DNA of 64,000 bases from Hemiscyllium ocellatum (lineage: Eukaryota): NCBI RefSeq assembly GCF_020745735.1, contig NC_083418.1, positions 62,141,776-62,205,775 on the forward strand. Reading direction: 5' to 3'. The translations under genes were made by a program, and so were the position numbers. The notes below the pieces were generated by a model, which saw only the letters and a list, made by a program, of their open reading frames with translations, made no database searches and was not told where the DNA came from. Shown here in pieces: positions 13,830-24,979 of the stretch (position 1 is the first letter of the stretch; each line of letters starts with the position of its first letter).

Positions 13830-14687
13830 TCACGCCAAAACAAATTGCCAATTCGTCAGCAGTATCTCAATTCCACTAATTACTGACACCACAGATGTGG
13901 CTGGGTTCAGTTTTAATGTATTGGCATCACCCTTTTTACACTTATCTCTGAAAACATAGATACACCCATTACAACTAGCAATCTTCCAGAGGGAAGGTAC
14001 ACGACTCCATACCTCTGGGAAACGCAGTCTGGTGAAGCTGTCGAGCAGAGGATTGTAACAAACCAAAGAATCCCCCTCAGCTACAATAAAAATCAGGTCC
14101 TTGTGAATAGCAGCATGCATACGGCCTGCAAAGGGGAGAAGGTATGATTTTAATTGGCACGTTCTGGAATGTGTGTCAAAACATTGGATTAGACGTGATG
14201 GTTTGGTGAAGAAATCCAAGTCATTCTCTTCACCACCTAGAAGATAAATAGTTCCATTCAGGTTAACACCGGCAGCGCAAGATACTGCAGTGTCCAGCTG
14301 ATTGGTTTCAACCCACACATTATCACAGACCACATAATAAATGACAGCGCTGGATAGTGTATCCTGTAGAGTTTTTCCACCGAGTGAGTAAATGGCATCC
14401 TCACTTGGTACAGATACCAGTGTGTGCTGAAGGCGATCTCTTGGCAGTGATGCACACTGTTCCCAGTCCATTGTCTCCATATTACACTTCCACATTCGAC
14501 GTGGAATGGGGCCACCCACAACATACAAGTCACTGCCATGCTTGCACGCAGCTGTAATTTGCTGACGCAATCTATTTTGTCCACTGACACTAATGGCATC
14601 ATCATCACAATGTAAAGAAACTGCCAGTGAGTGAGTCCGAGTGTCTTCTTTTCCAATCAGATAAATATGAACAATTTCGCCAATTTC
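13830..14687 (-). CDS. KBTBD4: KBTBD4 last exon (Kelch repeats)
   Basis: AG acceptor at 14689-14688; 858 nt, EIGEIVHIYLIGKE...VVGGPIPRRMWKC...LLTNWQFVLA*. Confidence 0.97.
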   Translation of the reverse strand, partial: EIGEIVHIYLIGKEDTRTHSLAVSLHCDDDAISVSGQNRLRQQITAACKHGSDLYVVGGPIPRRMWKCNMETMDWEQCASLPRDRLQHTLVSVPSEDAIYSLGGKTLQDTLSSAVIYYVVCDNVWVETNQLDTAVSCAAGVNLNGTIYLLGGEENDLDFFTKPSRLIQCFDTHSRTCQLKSYLLPFAGRMHAAIHKDLIFIVAEGDSLVCYNPLLDSFTRLRFPEVWSRVPSLWKIASCNGCIYVFRDKCKKGDANTLKLNPATSVVSVISGIEILLTNWQFVLA

Positions 14688-14816
14688 CTGTATGAAATAA
14701 AAAATTCCAAACCTGATAAACAACAATGGCAGTGTTTAATCTTTAGATAATAATCTTAAAATTAATACAAGCTGCACACATATTTAATTAATGGGAGGAT
14801 TCTAAAAGACAATGTT

Positions 14817-15132
14817 TGATTAGATTCCCTACAGTATGGAAACAAGACCTTTGGCCCAACAAGTCCACACCAACCCTCTGGAGATTAACCCACCCAGATT
14901 CATTCCCCTACCCGATATGTATTCCTGACTAATGTACCTAACACTATGGGCAATTTAGCATGGCCAATTCAGCTTACCTGCACATCTTAGGGTTGTGGGA
15001 GGAAACTGGAGCACCTGGAGGAAATCCACACAGACATGGGGAGAATGCGCAAACTCCACAAAAACAGTCGCCCGAGGTGGGAATTGAACCCGGGTCCCTG
15101 GCGCTGTGAGGCAGTAGTGCTAATCATTGAGC
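14817..15132 (-). mobile_element. HE1-type tRNA-derived V-SINE
   Basis: tRNA-like head, V-domain (GTGTGGAGTTTG...CCTCCCACA), CR1-like tail ending in (TAATC)n. Confidence 0.85.
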
Positions 15133-15438
15133 CTTTTCTTTTGATAGGATGAATTAGTGCTTACTATTGAGGATGTGTATAGGGTGTCAGCAGGCAGGGA
15201 AAGAGTTAAGTTAGAAGTTTTGTGAAACAAGAGGTTCAGCTAAGCATGACTCAGATCAGATAAGAACTTACAGTTAACAACGGGTTGCTGAAGGCAAGGG
15301 TAATGGGTTAACAAGGCGGAAAAGCAGTCATTATGTAGAGCCATTTAACAATACTAGAAGCATTTAGTATGTAACATCAGTTAACAAGATGAAGGAGCTA
15401 AAACTATACTTTTATTCTGAGTATTTTGGTTCAACTGT

Positions 15439-15458
15439 GGGGGGGGGGGGGGGGGGGG
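15439..15458 (+). repeat. Poly-G run (20 nt)
   Basis: Homopolymer in KBTBD4 intron 3. Confidence 0.9.
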
Positions 15459-16322
15459 AGGAGGAGGGGAGAGAAACAGGATGACACTGACTTATTGAAC
15501 CATTTCCTTGTTATCTCAACAGGTATTTTTATTATGAGTTCAGTGTAAATCAAAAAAAGGTCTTCTTTTGGTCAGTCTCTATGGAGAATACTTACCGGCA
15601 AACCAGTAATTTGGTGGGCTGAAGGGCCTGATCCAGCTGAATTATGTTGTATTGTGTAACCCTTACAGCAAGACAACTGTATAATCGACTTTAAAATGAT
15701 GATGTGTTGTTCGAAAATCTATGTGAATTATCTACAATTTTTGGTAAGACCAGTTTTGGCTAATAATTAAAATGTACTGCGAAATTAAATTTAACTCTAG
15801 AAAGGATGTAAATTTCTTTGCATTTTCAAACTGTGGCAAGATTATCGTGTTTGGTCTTGCCAGGAAAATAACAGAAGATTAGATGTTAAGCTTAGATCCA
15901 TCAGACCAATGCATTTGGTGGTTATTGCAGTAATGCAAAAGAAAAGTAGCCTCTCATTGTTGTCAAGTTTCAAATTACATTGGATTCTGATTACACTGTA
16001 ACTTTTAGAAGAACATCAGCTAAACTCCCAAACTGGCAGCTTATACTGGTATCACCAAACAATATACCCCAAACAATGAAGGTGTACTGTAATAGATGAT
16101 TAGGGCTCCTCACGTTTAGGTTTTACTGTAAATATGTTATGTCCTGCTTCAGTGGTCTAAAGTTACTCAGATCATGATCCTTAACTTTCTTTCCGAACTT
16201 CATAAAAATAGACATATGCAGAGTAGGAAAATGGTATTCAATGACTTTGCCTGCAAATGTTAAACTATTGATTTTTAAAATTTGTATTCAAGATATGGCC
16301 AACACTGGCAAGGTTGAAACTC

Positions 16323-16635
16323 TAGATTAGATTAGACTTACAGTGTGGAAACAGGCCCTTCGGCCCAACAAGTCCACACCGACCCGCCGAAGCGCAACCC
16401 ACCCATACCCCTACATTTACCCCTTACCTAACACTACAGGCAATTTAGCATGGCCAATTCACCTGACCCGCACATCTTTGGACTGTGGGAGGAAACCGGA
16501 GCACCCGGAGGAAACCCACACAGACACGGGGAGAACGTGCAAACTCCACACGGTCAGTCGCCTGAGTCGGGAATTGAACCCGGGTCTCAGGCGCTGTGAG
16601 GCAGCAGTGCTAACCACTGTGCCACCGTGCCGCCC
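16323..16635 (-). mobile_element. HE1-type V-SINE, full length and young
   Basis: Starts GGGCGGCACGGTGGCACAGTGGTTAGCACTGCTG; intact A and B boxes; CTAATCTAATCTA tail. Confidence 0.9.
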
Positions 16636-17347
16636 AAAAAAAAAGCCCATTCCACTGTGATGATGGAGCACCTAAAATAGTTCCAGATGGAGAATTCTAG
16701 GATACCCAATCAGAAACAACAGGGACAGCAAATAAATGTCAAATCAAGCTGGTCTATAGCATGCAGGGAAATTTGGAGGTTTTCTTACAAAATTGCTCAA
16801 AAGTCAAGGGTAGCTGATTGGGCACTCTTGTTCAAGTTACTCATGAACTACATTTACTTGTCATCCATGTAACTTGTCACTTGGCTGCTCAAACTTGAAT
16901 ATTATCCAGACCCTTACTGGAATCTAACATGGACAGTTGCATTACTGAGGATGCCACTGAAATTGTTAGCAGACAGTCTCCATCCTTATGATGGTGGGAA
17001 GGTCACTGATGAAAGTGGTTACAAATGGTTGTGCTAAGGATGCTTCCCTGAAAACTCCTGCCATGATGTCCTGGAACTCAAAAGTAGCTTGTAGGAATGT
17101 TGCATTATTTAGAACTCTGCAAAACTACAAAGCCAACATTCATCACTTATAACCCAAATCATCTGATCAAGCCTTCTCACTATTTGGAAAAATTTGGAAT
17201 AATACATTTCCGGAAAAGGTAAAAAGCAAACTCTTCAATTAGCATTATTCTGCAGGAATTCTTCTGTTTCACACTTACAGGTAACATTAGTTTCAATCTG
17301 TAATGGGGAGGGAGGTACTTACATGATGTAGTTTTGAGGTAACATAC

Positions 17348-17454
17348 CTTTAAACTGGATGTCAGGTTCTCAGAATATTGTGCTCGCTCTTCCTTATTGT
17401 GATCTATCCATGTTTCTATTGCTTTTGCAGGTTTCTGGGAACTGGGAACACCAT
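17348..17454 (-). CDS. KBTBD4: KBTBD4 internal exon (BACK-Kelch linker)
   Basis: ctgtag|...AAG|gtatgt; 107 nt, (D)GVPSSQKPAKAIETWIDHNKEERAQYSENLTSSLK; phases 1 and 0 fit both neighbours. Confidence 0.93.
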
Positions 17455-17902
17455 CTACAGGATCGAGAAAGAAAAACACTTTTTTGATACAATCCGTTCT
17501 GTACTGTTTTTGAGCTGGCTACCAAACTAGTCTGATAGTGGTGTGTTACAGTTTACTCAGAATATGAATTTTTAAAATCTATTCATGGGATGTAGGTATC
17601 ACTGACTAAGCCAGCATTTATTGGTCATGCCCAAAGGGCAGTTAAGAGTCAGCCACATTGCTGACCAGGTAAAGTGGCAGATTTCCATTCCTAAAGAATG
17701 TGAGTAATTGAGATGGATATTTACAACAATTGTTGTCATTTGGCCAGCATTCTATTCTGGATTTTTATTGAATTTAAATGTAATCATCTGCAGAGGTGGG
17801 ATTTGAACTCATGTCCTCAGAACAGTAGTCTTGGATTATGGATTACTAACTCAGTGGTATTAATGCTCACCCCTACCTTATCTTATTTTGGCAATTTGCA
17901 AA

Positions 17903-18233
17903 GATAGATAGACAGACAGACAGGCAGACAGACAGGCAGACAGACAGATTCCCTACAGTGTGGCAACAGGCCCTCGGCCCAACAAGTCCTCACTGACCCT
18001 CTGAAAAGCAACCAACCCAGACCCATTCCCCTTCATTTACCCCTGACTAATGCACCTAACACTATGGGCAATTTAGCACACCCAATTCACCAAACCTGCA
18101 CATCTTTGGACTGTGGGAGGAAACCCCCGCAGACATGGGGAGAACATACAAGCTACACACAGACAGTTGCCCGAGGCGGGAATTGAACCCGGGTCCCTGG
18201 CGCTGTGAGGCAACAGTGCTAATCACTGAACCT
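17903..18233 (-). mobile_element. HE1-type V-SINE with an expanded (GACA)n tail
   Basis: Family similarity; microsatellite at 17903-17947; a plus-strand 5' fragment follows at 18277-18375. Confidence 0.85.
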
Positions 18234-18576
18234 CCCTACACATTTTGGCCTGGAGATATGGTAGAGTCTCCAATATGGGGGCAGCACGGTGGCTCAGTGG
18301 TTAGCACTGCTGCCTCACAACACGAGGGTCCCAGGTTCGATTCCAGCCTTGGGTGACTGTCTGTGTGGAGTTTCGAGCATCCACCACTTTCAACTTAATT
18401 CACCACCTGGTTTGCATGCTCACACTTCTGTCTTCGACCCACTGCAGTGTTACAGTGAAGCCATGCAAACTTGGGAGAAGAGCACCTGAACTTCTGATTA
18501 GACATTTTACAGCCTTCTGGATGCAAGAAAAACTTGAGAAGACTCAATAGAAAAATGAAGACAGGAAAACACATAC

Positions 18577-19180
18577 CTTTAATGATATCTGTAAACAATC
18601 TTACAGGTAGTTTCACAAAATCTTCTGTCTTGTGAAGCTGTGACAGATGTGTTTTTGCACATTGTTTTGCTGCTGTGTACAGTTTCTGGTCACTGTGCTG
18701 ATCCGCTAACCACATGACCTGTAAACAATTCCTGATGTCAACAGTCCGAGCCAGAAACCGAGAGCACTCTTCAAAAAGTGATGTTAACTGATACATATCT
18801 GCCACCTCGTATGTCTCCTGGAGGTCCTCCACTCTCAGTTTTACAGTGCCCCGGTAAATATAGTCCACAAGAAGCTGGAAAACACTTGCATTTACATCTT
18901 TGAGTTCAATAACATCATTATGAGCTTCTTTTAAGTTAGAGGTGAACATGGAACGGAAGAAGCAGCTCTGAGCAGAAAGCACGAGTCGATGCAGCTGGAA
19001 TTCTTTGCCTTCCACAGAGATGGTAACATCTGCAAACAGCCGGTCTTCAAGGCACAGATCCATAATACTCTGGGCAACCCGTACAGAATGGAATCTATCT
19101 GTGAAGGTATAGCTCATAAAATAACTTTCATCTGTCGTTCCTGCGATGGCTGCACCTCCTGCATCACTATTTAGCTCCAT
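18577..19180 (-). CDS. KBTBD4: KBTBD4 BTB-BACK exon (acceptor at 19203, main ATG at 19180)
   Basis: MELNSD...FADVTISVEGKEFQLHRLVLSAQSCFFRSMF...LFTDIIK, then G|gtatgt donor; the three exons total 1569 nt = 522 aa plus stop. Confidence 0.97.
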
Positions 19181-20189
19181 TTTTGCAGCAGATAAAACAG
19201 GACCTATGGGAATAATTTCATTAAAAAATATAGTTTTAGAACCTAAATTATTTAAAAATTAATTTTCTTTTGTACTTTTGTATTATGAAACTTCACTATT
19301 TTAGGAAAATAGAAAGATAAAGCCAGTAATCTCTTTTGCTAATCTACACATTAAAATACACAATTGTGAATATTGTATTTCACCAGTAATATAAAGCAGC
19401 AATGTCTTACTTGAATATATGAACAAATAAACAAGGAACAAGAATAAGCCATTCAGCCCTTTGAGCAGCTCTGCCATTCAATAAGATCATGACTGATCAG
19501 ATTTTAACCACAACATGTCAGGTAGTGGGCAAACCCCAACCCAGAACTTAAACAACCTGATTTAAGGTTTTGAAGAACTGCTGAATAGGGTCTTAATAGA
19601 TTGTGTAGGAACCCTACCTAATGCCAGGAGAGACATTAAATACCTTTTAATAATGATCAATATTTCTTGAGGCAGTATCTTTGGGAAAAGTTATGGCAAA
19701 AATTGTAGTGCAATATGTAGTTCTAATTTTAACAAGACATAACCCAATAGCGCAAGGAAATACTATTTAACAATGTACCAATTAGATAACTGACAGATCA
19801 TAAGCCAGGCTGACAGCAAGAGGCATTTACATATACTGACAGCTGCACATAATAATAGATAGGGTCCTTTTCTTTGCAGATAGCGAGAAATTGTTCACAC
19901 ATCACACCTATTTAATTATAACAAAATAGGAGACAGACATTCTCTGGATTATTACTCAGAGCAAATCACGCACCTACCTGTTTTAAATTTACACAAAGCT
20001 TGGCAGATAACTGTCAGTCATCATTTAACAGGTGCATTCTCAATGCCTCCACCAGAGTCTACTTGCCAATAAATCAGCATGCTTTTCCCATACTGTTCAA
20101 AAATATTATTTCACTTTAAATTGTTAAGTGCAATCCTGGCAAGTGCAAGATGAAAAGCTTAGCCAAGTGCGTTTTTTTTAGCAACATCA

Positions 20190-20860
20190 AAGCTGAAAAG
20201 ATTGAACAGAAAGATGGATTATTTAGCATAAAAAGGGACATTAAGCAGAAAGATGGTAACCTGCATTATCAATATTTTGGAAGTTAAAATTGATCAAAAA
20301 ATGAACTGGCCCAGCCATATAAACTGTGGCTACAAGAACAGGTCAAAGGCGATGAGTTCGGCAGTGAGCACCTCCTGTCCCCATTCCAACATGTCTGTTC
20401 ATACTCAATTAAGTACAGTCATGAGTGTGATGGAATAATATTGATTTATCTGGATGGGTGCAGTTCTACTCAACAAACGAAACAAGGCAAAGTAGCTGAC
20501 TGACTACCCTATCCACCACATTAAAGCTCACTACCCTCACAGTGACAGCAGTAGCTACCATCTATGAGATGCACTGCAGTAACTCATGAAAATACATTCA
20601 ACAGCACTCTCTGCTGCACACACCCCTCACCCCCAACCCACACACACACCTGGGAAGACAAAAACATTTGCAATTTCTCTTTCCAAGCTGTATGCAATCC
20701 TAACTTGGAACTAAATTCCTTCCCTTTACTGGGTTAAATTCCTAGAACTCGCTTCCTAACAGCACTATGGATATCCCTACAACACATGGACTGCAGTGGT
20801 TCAGAAAGGTGACTCACCACTGCATTTTCAAGTAAATTAGTGATGAGCAATAAATGCTGG
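20190..20860 (+). mobile_element. Old L2/CR1-superfamily LINE 3' fragment
   Basis: RT C-terminal remnants; related minus-strand pieces at ~10500-11200, 16690-17060, 27390-27830 and 36830-37330. Confidence 0.45.
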
Positions 20861-20869
20861 CCTATGAAC

Positions 20870-21210
20870 AAATTAAACAAAAGATGACAAAAAGTAAGGA
20901 TGCAATTATAAACAGAAATGTTAAATATTAAATGAAATGCAAATTATTAAACAGAAGTTCGGCTTATTTAATAGAAAGATTAACTTATTAAGAAAAGTGA
21001 ACAATTAAACAGAAAAAGGAAATGATTAAATGAGTAAAAATATTAAACAAAGGGAGAAATTATTAAAGTGGAAATTAGGCAGAAAAGTGCATTATTAAAC
21101 AGAAAATGGAAGTTATTAAGCAGGAAAGTGTATTTTTAACAATAAAATGAAATTATTAAATGAATAAACTTATCTTGAAAAGGGTGAATGTATTCAACAG
21201 GAAAGTTCCT
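20870..21210. repeat. Degenerate AT-rich minisatellite, ~20-bp unit
   Basis: Recurrent (A)TTATTAAACAGAAA-like unit. Confidence 0.6.
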
Positions 21211-21345
21211 TTGGTGAAAGTGAGGACTGCAGATGCTGGGGGTGAGAGTGTGGTGCTGGAAGTGCCTTATTCAGGCCCCTGTGGCTCAGGGAGAGAGAAA
21301 CTCAATAACCGGGAACCCAGGAACAAGACACTCCCTCGAATTTAC

Positions 21346-21388
21346 CTCTGTATTTATTAACCGAGTGGAATCGCTTTTCCAACCCCAT
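21346..21388 (-). CDS. KBTBD4: Candidate alternative coding first exon of KBTBD4 (22-aa N-terminal extension)
   Basis: ATG at 21388, MGLEKRFHSVNKYR, then G|gtaaat donor (phase 1); splicing to acceptor 19203 reads in frame (GPVLSAAK) into MELNSD. Confidence 0.55.
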
Positions 21389-21419
21389 CCAAATCTCTCT
21401 TTTGTTTTGTTTTACCTCT

Positions 21420-21860
21420 GATTGCCTGGAGCCGCGGCCACAGCGTCTGAGAGGGGAAGGGGGAAGAATGGAGGTGGACACCGCGACATGGGGGGAGGAG
21501 GGAAGGGATGAAGGGGCGGACCGACAGTGCGGAGCCGGTAGTTCCGGTTCCGTTACCATGGCGGCCAGGCTGGTGGGTCTGGCTCGAGCGGCATTGCAGA
21601 GAACCTTCCGGAATCTGGGTGAGTGTCGGCGCCTGAGGGCCAGGGGAGAGACAGCGGGGTCTCCGGCCGCCTCCGGGCGGGGGAGCGAGTGAGGCAGAGA
21701 GAGAGAGAGAGAGAGAGGGAGGGAGGAGAATGTGTGTCCCCGCGGTTTGACCTTCGCGCGGAGCCGGCACCTGGAGGGTGTCACTGGAGAGACCGGGGGG
21801 GGGGACTGACTCGGGGCAGCGGGTCTGAGAGACGAGACGTGGGGAGGGAAGAGGAGACAA
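21420..21860. promoter_or_regulatory. CpG island and bidirectional KBTBD4/NDUFS3 promoter
   Basis: GC- and CpG-rich stretch between divergent first exons; GC box GGGGCGG at 21513-21519; tandem CGGAA ETS-like cores on the minus strand at 21541-21552. Confidence 0.75.
21558..21618 (+). CDS. NDUFS3: NDUFS3 exon 1 (mitochondrial transit peptide)
   Basis: Strong Kozak ACCATGG; MAARLVGLARAALQRTFRNL; G|gtgagt donor; phase 1 matches exon 2. Confidence 0.88.
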
Positions 21861-22700
21861 GGTTTGCTTTCCTTTATTGGTCAGAGTATTGAGTACAGGA
21901 GCTGGGAGGTCATGTTGTGGCTGTACAGGACATTGGTTAGGCCACTGTTGGAATATTGTGTGCAATTCTGGTCTCCTTCCTATCGGAAAGATGTTGTGAA
22001 ACTTGAAAGGGTTCAGAAAAGATTTACAAGGATGTTGCCAGGGTTGGAGGATCTGAGCTACAGGGAGAGGCTGAACAGGCTGGAGCTGTTTTCCCTGGAG
22101 AGTCGGAGGCTGAGGGGTGACCTTATAGAGGTTTACAAAATTATGAGGGGCATGGATAAGATAAATAGACAAAATCTTTTCCCTCAGGTCAGGGAGTCCA
22201 TAACTAGTGGGCATAGGTTTAGGGTGAGAGAGGAAAGATATAAAAGGGACCTAAGGGGCAATGTTTTCATTCAGAGGGTGGTATGTGTATGGAATGAGCT
22301 GCCAGAGGAAGTAGTGGAGGCTGGAACAATTACAACATTTAAAAGGCATCTGGATGGACATATGGGCTGGCTGCTGGCAGGTGGGACTAGATTACAGCGT
22401 GGAAACAGCCCTTCGACCCAACAAGTCCACACCGACCCTCCGAAGAGTAACCCACCCCCCTCTGACTAATGCACTTAATGTGATGGACAATTTAACCTAC
22501 CCTGCACATCTTTTTGGAATGTGGGAGGAAACGCATGCAAACACAGGGAGAGTGTGCAAACTCCACACAGACAGTCACCCAAGGTTGGAATTGAACTTGG
22601 AGCCCTGGTGCTGTGGGGCAGCAGTGCTAGCCACTGAGCCACTGTGTAGATTAAGATATCTGGTCGACATGGACAAGTTGGACTGAAGTGTCTGTTTCTG
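21858..22700 (+). mobile_element. CR1 LINE 3' fragment with a nested SINE
   Basis: LYRTLVRPLLEYCVQFWSP...RVVCVWNELP; SINE at 22388-22646 flanked by TAGATTA. Confidence 0.88.
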
Positions 22701-22714
22701 TATGACAAGGTGCT

Positions 22715-22716
<2 letters not shown>

Positions 22717-22748
<32 letters not shown>
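22717..22748. repeat. (GT)n microsatellite
   Basis: Perfect dinucleotide run; (TG)16 at 23479-23510 and (GA)n at ~21695-21716 lie nearby. Confidence 0.95.
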
Positions 22749-22755
<7 letters not shown>

Positions 22756-22897
22756 CAGTGGTGGTGGTACAGGAAGAGGGTGCTACAACTAGTAAGGAAG
22801 GTCGAAGAGGGGAGCCTGCTGTAGATGTTGGTGGGAACAGAGACAGAGTACAGCATCTAGTTGAGGGAGAGATGGTGCGGGAGAAGGTGTTGCAACT

Positions 22898-23060
22898 GGT
22901 GGTCAAAGTTAAGAATCACACAACACCAAGTTATAGGCTACAAGTTTATTTGGAAGTACTGCTCCTTCATCAGTAAGCCTATTGGATTATAACCTGGTGG
23001 TGTGCGATTTTTAACTTTGTCCACCCCAGTCTAACACCAGCACATCCATATCATAGCAAC
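22898..23060. mobile_element. Penelope-derived hairpin mini-element, decayed
   Basis: Inverted arms of the AAAGTTAAAAATCACAC family around a partial GCTCCTTCATCAG. Confidence 0.7.
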
Positions 23061-23214
23061 TAATGGTGTTAGTGTTAAGAGACTGCTTGAGCTCACAGGG
23101 AGGGCGAAAGAGGGTAGATGGTGGGGTTGAGAGAGGATGTTGCAGCTGTTGCCGGGGTTAAAAAGAGGGTTGCAGGTGCTGGGGGTGGAGAGAGAGGGGA
23201 GGGTGTTGCAGCTA

Positions 23215-23476
23215 CAGAGGAACCTTGTCCGAAAATCGGATTATCCAAAGGAGATGTCGAGGTCCCGATATGTAGAAACATTACATCAAAGACATGTTTC
23301 CAATAATGATTGCACCTTTTGTGTATAGTGATTAAGCAGGCACTGTCTCCAAATGACTGACCTCCTGCTGTCTCTCTCCCCATACTTTCCCTGGAGTGAA
23401 CCCTAAACACGCCCCCCTCCCCCGATAATCTGACCGGCAATGTCCTGTACAGGGCAAAGCTGGAACCTGTCAAACC

Positions 23477-23513
<37 letters not shown>

Positions 23514-23954
23514 ACCCCACAAAGGCAGCAGCAGTCTTGTTATTGATGTACAGTCCAGCTGCCCTGGAGAAGGAGCGGGGATGGGGGGGAGGCGGGTGGG
23601 GGCTGTATTGGACGGGGTTCGGGGGCGTTGTTGGACAGGCCAGCACGAGATTGTGTTGGGGGCTGGAAAGGTGTTGGACGGTGTTGGGGGCAGGAGGCGA
23701 AGTTGGACAGGGTTTCGGGGGTGGTGGGTGGTGTTGGACGGCCGTTGGAGGCGGGGGCCGGTGTTGGATGGCATTGGGGGCAGGGGGCAGTGTTGGGCGG
23801 GGGCTCGCGCAATGTGCTGCTGCAGTCTCCTGAGTGGGAGCAGACTTTAATAACTGACCTCCAGAGGAAAGGCATTTAATCGATTAACTGAATAATCGAT
23901 TATCTGAATGAAATACTGCCTGCCCATCTCGTTCAGGTAATCGAGGTTCCCCTG
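23215..23954. mobile_element. Tigger/pogo-like non-autonomous DNA transposon
   Basis: TA on both sides; TIRs CAGAGGAACCT / CAGGGGAACCT; internal (TG)16 and a G-rich GTGTTGGACGG repeat. Confidence 0.68.
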
Positions 23955-24476
23955 TAGTGGGTAGGGAGGCAGGGGAAAGGAGAGTGCTACAGTTACTATG
24001 GGGGAGAGAATGGAGAGCAATGCTACAGCTAGTGGGGTGTGAGACAGAGAGGAGGGTGCTGCAGCAGGTGGAGGGATTAGGCACGAGTGAGGAAAATGTG
24101 CTGCAGCTGAGGGAAGGGATGTGATGAGGGTGCTGCAGCTATTTATGGCACTGCTGGGAGGCTTGTCGGTAGTGCTGGATTGTGGGCTTTGCTGCTGGGA
24201 TGGGTTGCTTCTTTTGGGAGGTGTGGGTATGATATGGGGTGGGGAGATGAGGAACCTGGAGCTTTCTCTGTTGGATCACTGCATTGAGAAACATCAGGGT
24301 TGATGATGAGGGTTTGTCCATTCAAGGCCTGAAAAATAACAGGGACTCAATTTGTAGGATTGTAATAACTTCAGGAAAAAAAGGGAACATTGATGTGGGA
24401 CAAAATACTTTGTTAGATTAAATGGACCTAAAATAAATTATGTCTCTAATGGGAGCCCCTGGAAAGAGTTATTGTT

Positions 24477-24650
24477 TCTAAGTTTGGGAGAAGATTTGTA
24501 GCTCGGGTGCTCATTGTTGTGGTTCTGTTCGCTGAGCTGGGAGTTTTTGTTGCAAATGTTTCGTCCCCTTTCACCCCCTGAGGATGTCACCTAGAAAGGG
24601 GATGAAACGTTTGCAACAAAAACTCCCAGCTCGGCGAACAGAACCACAAC
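24477..24650 (+). mobile_element. Penelope-derived hairpin mini-element
   Basis: Inverted arms GTTGTGGTTCTGTTCGC...CCCCTTT / AAAGGGG...GAACAGAACCACAAC; 10-bp TSD AGTTATTGTT at 24467-24476 and 24651-24660; CTGAGGA...GAAACGTT near the apex. Confidence 0.8.
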
Positions 24651-24979
24651 AGTTATTGTTCCTGCATCTTCCCAAAAAGATGCAAATCCTGGAGTGATTA
24701 AATCCTTCAGAGTAATGAGCATGCAGCATAGGTAGGAAAGTGGTATAGAAGTGTATACCAGACATGATTAAACTAATGGGCTCTTGTTGCGAACCTTAAT
24801 ATTTTCATGATTCAGCTGTTCAGAATGTTTTAGTCTGCTTGCAATATTCAGATTTTCTACAGAATGTGAGCAGGATTTCTTAAAATTTGTGCATGAAATG
24901 TGGGGCATCACTGGTTAGACCAGCACCTGTGCCCATTCCCTAATTTCTCTTGAAAATGTGGTTGTAATCTGTCTTGGAC

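Noticed and set aside
16560-16635. tRNA-like sequence with A and B boxes
   Set aside because: It is the head of a V-SINE that continues into the V-domain and tail, and it recurs about ten times.
18395-18576. C-terminal extension of the 261-aa BTB ORF
   Set aside because: Read-through into the intron past a good GT donor. The same applies to the ORF flanks at 4020, 6548, 14726, 38003 and 42484.
21300-23900. Many overlapping 80-285 aa ORFs
   Set aside because: They arise from the CpG island, (GT)n and (GA)n runs, G-rich repeats and CR1 antisense frames; only the short spliced exons have support.
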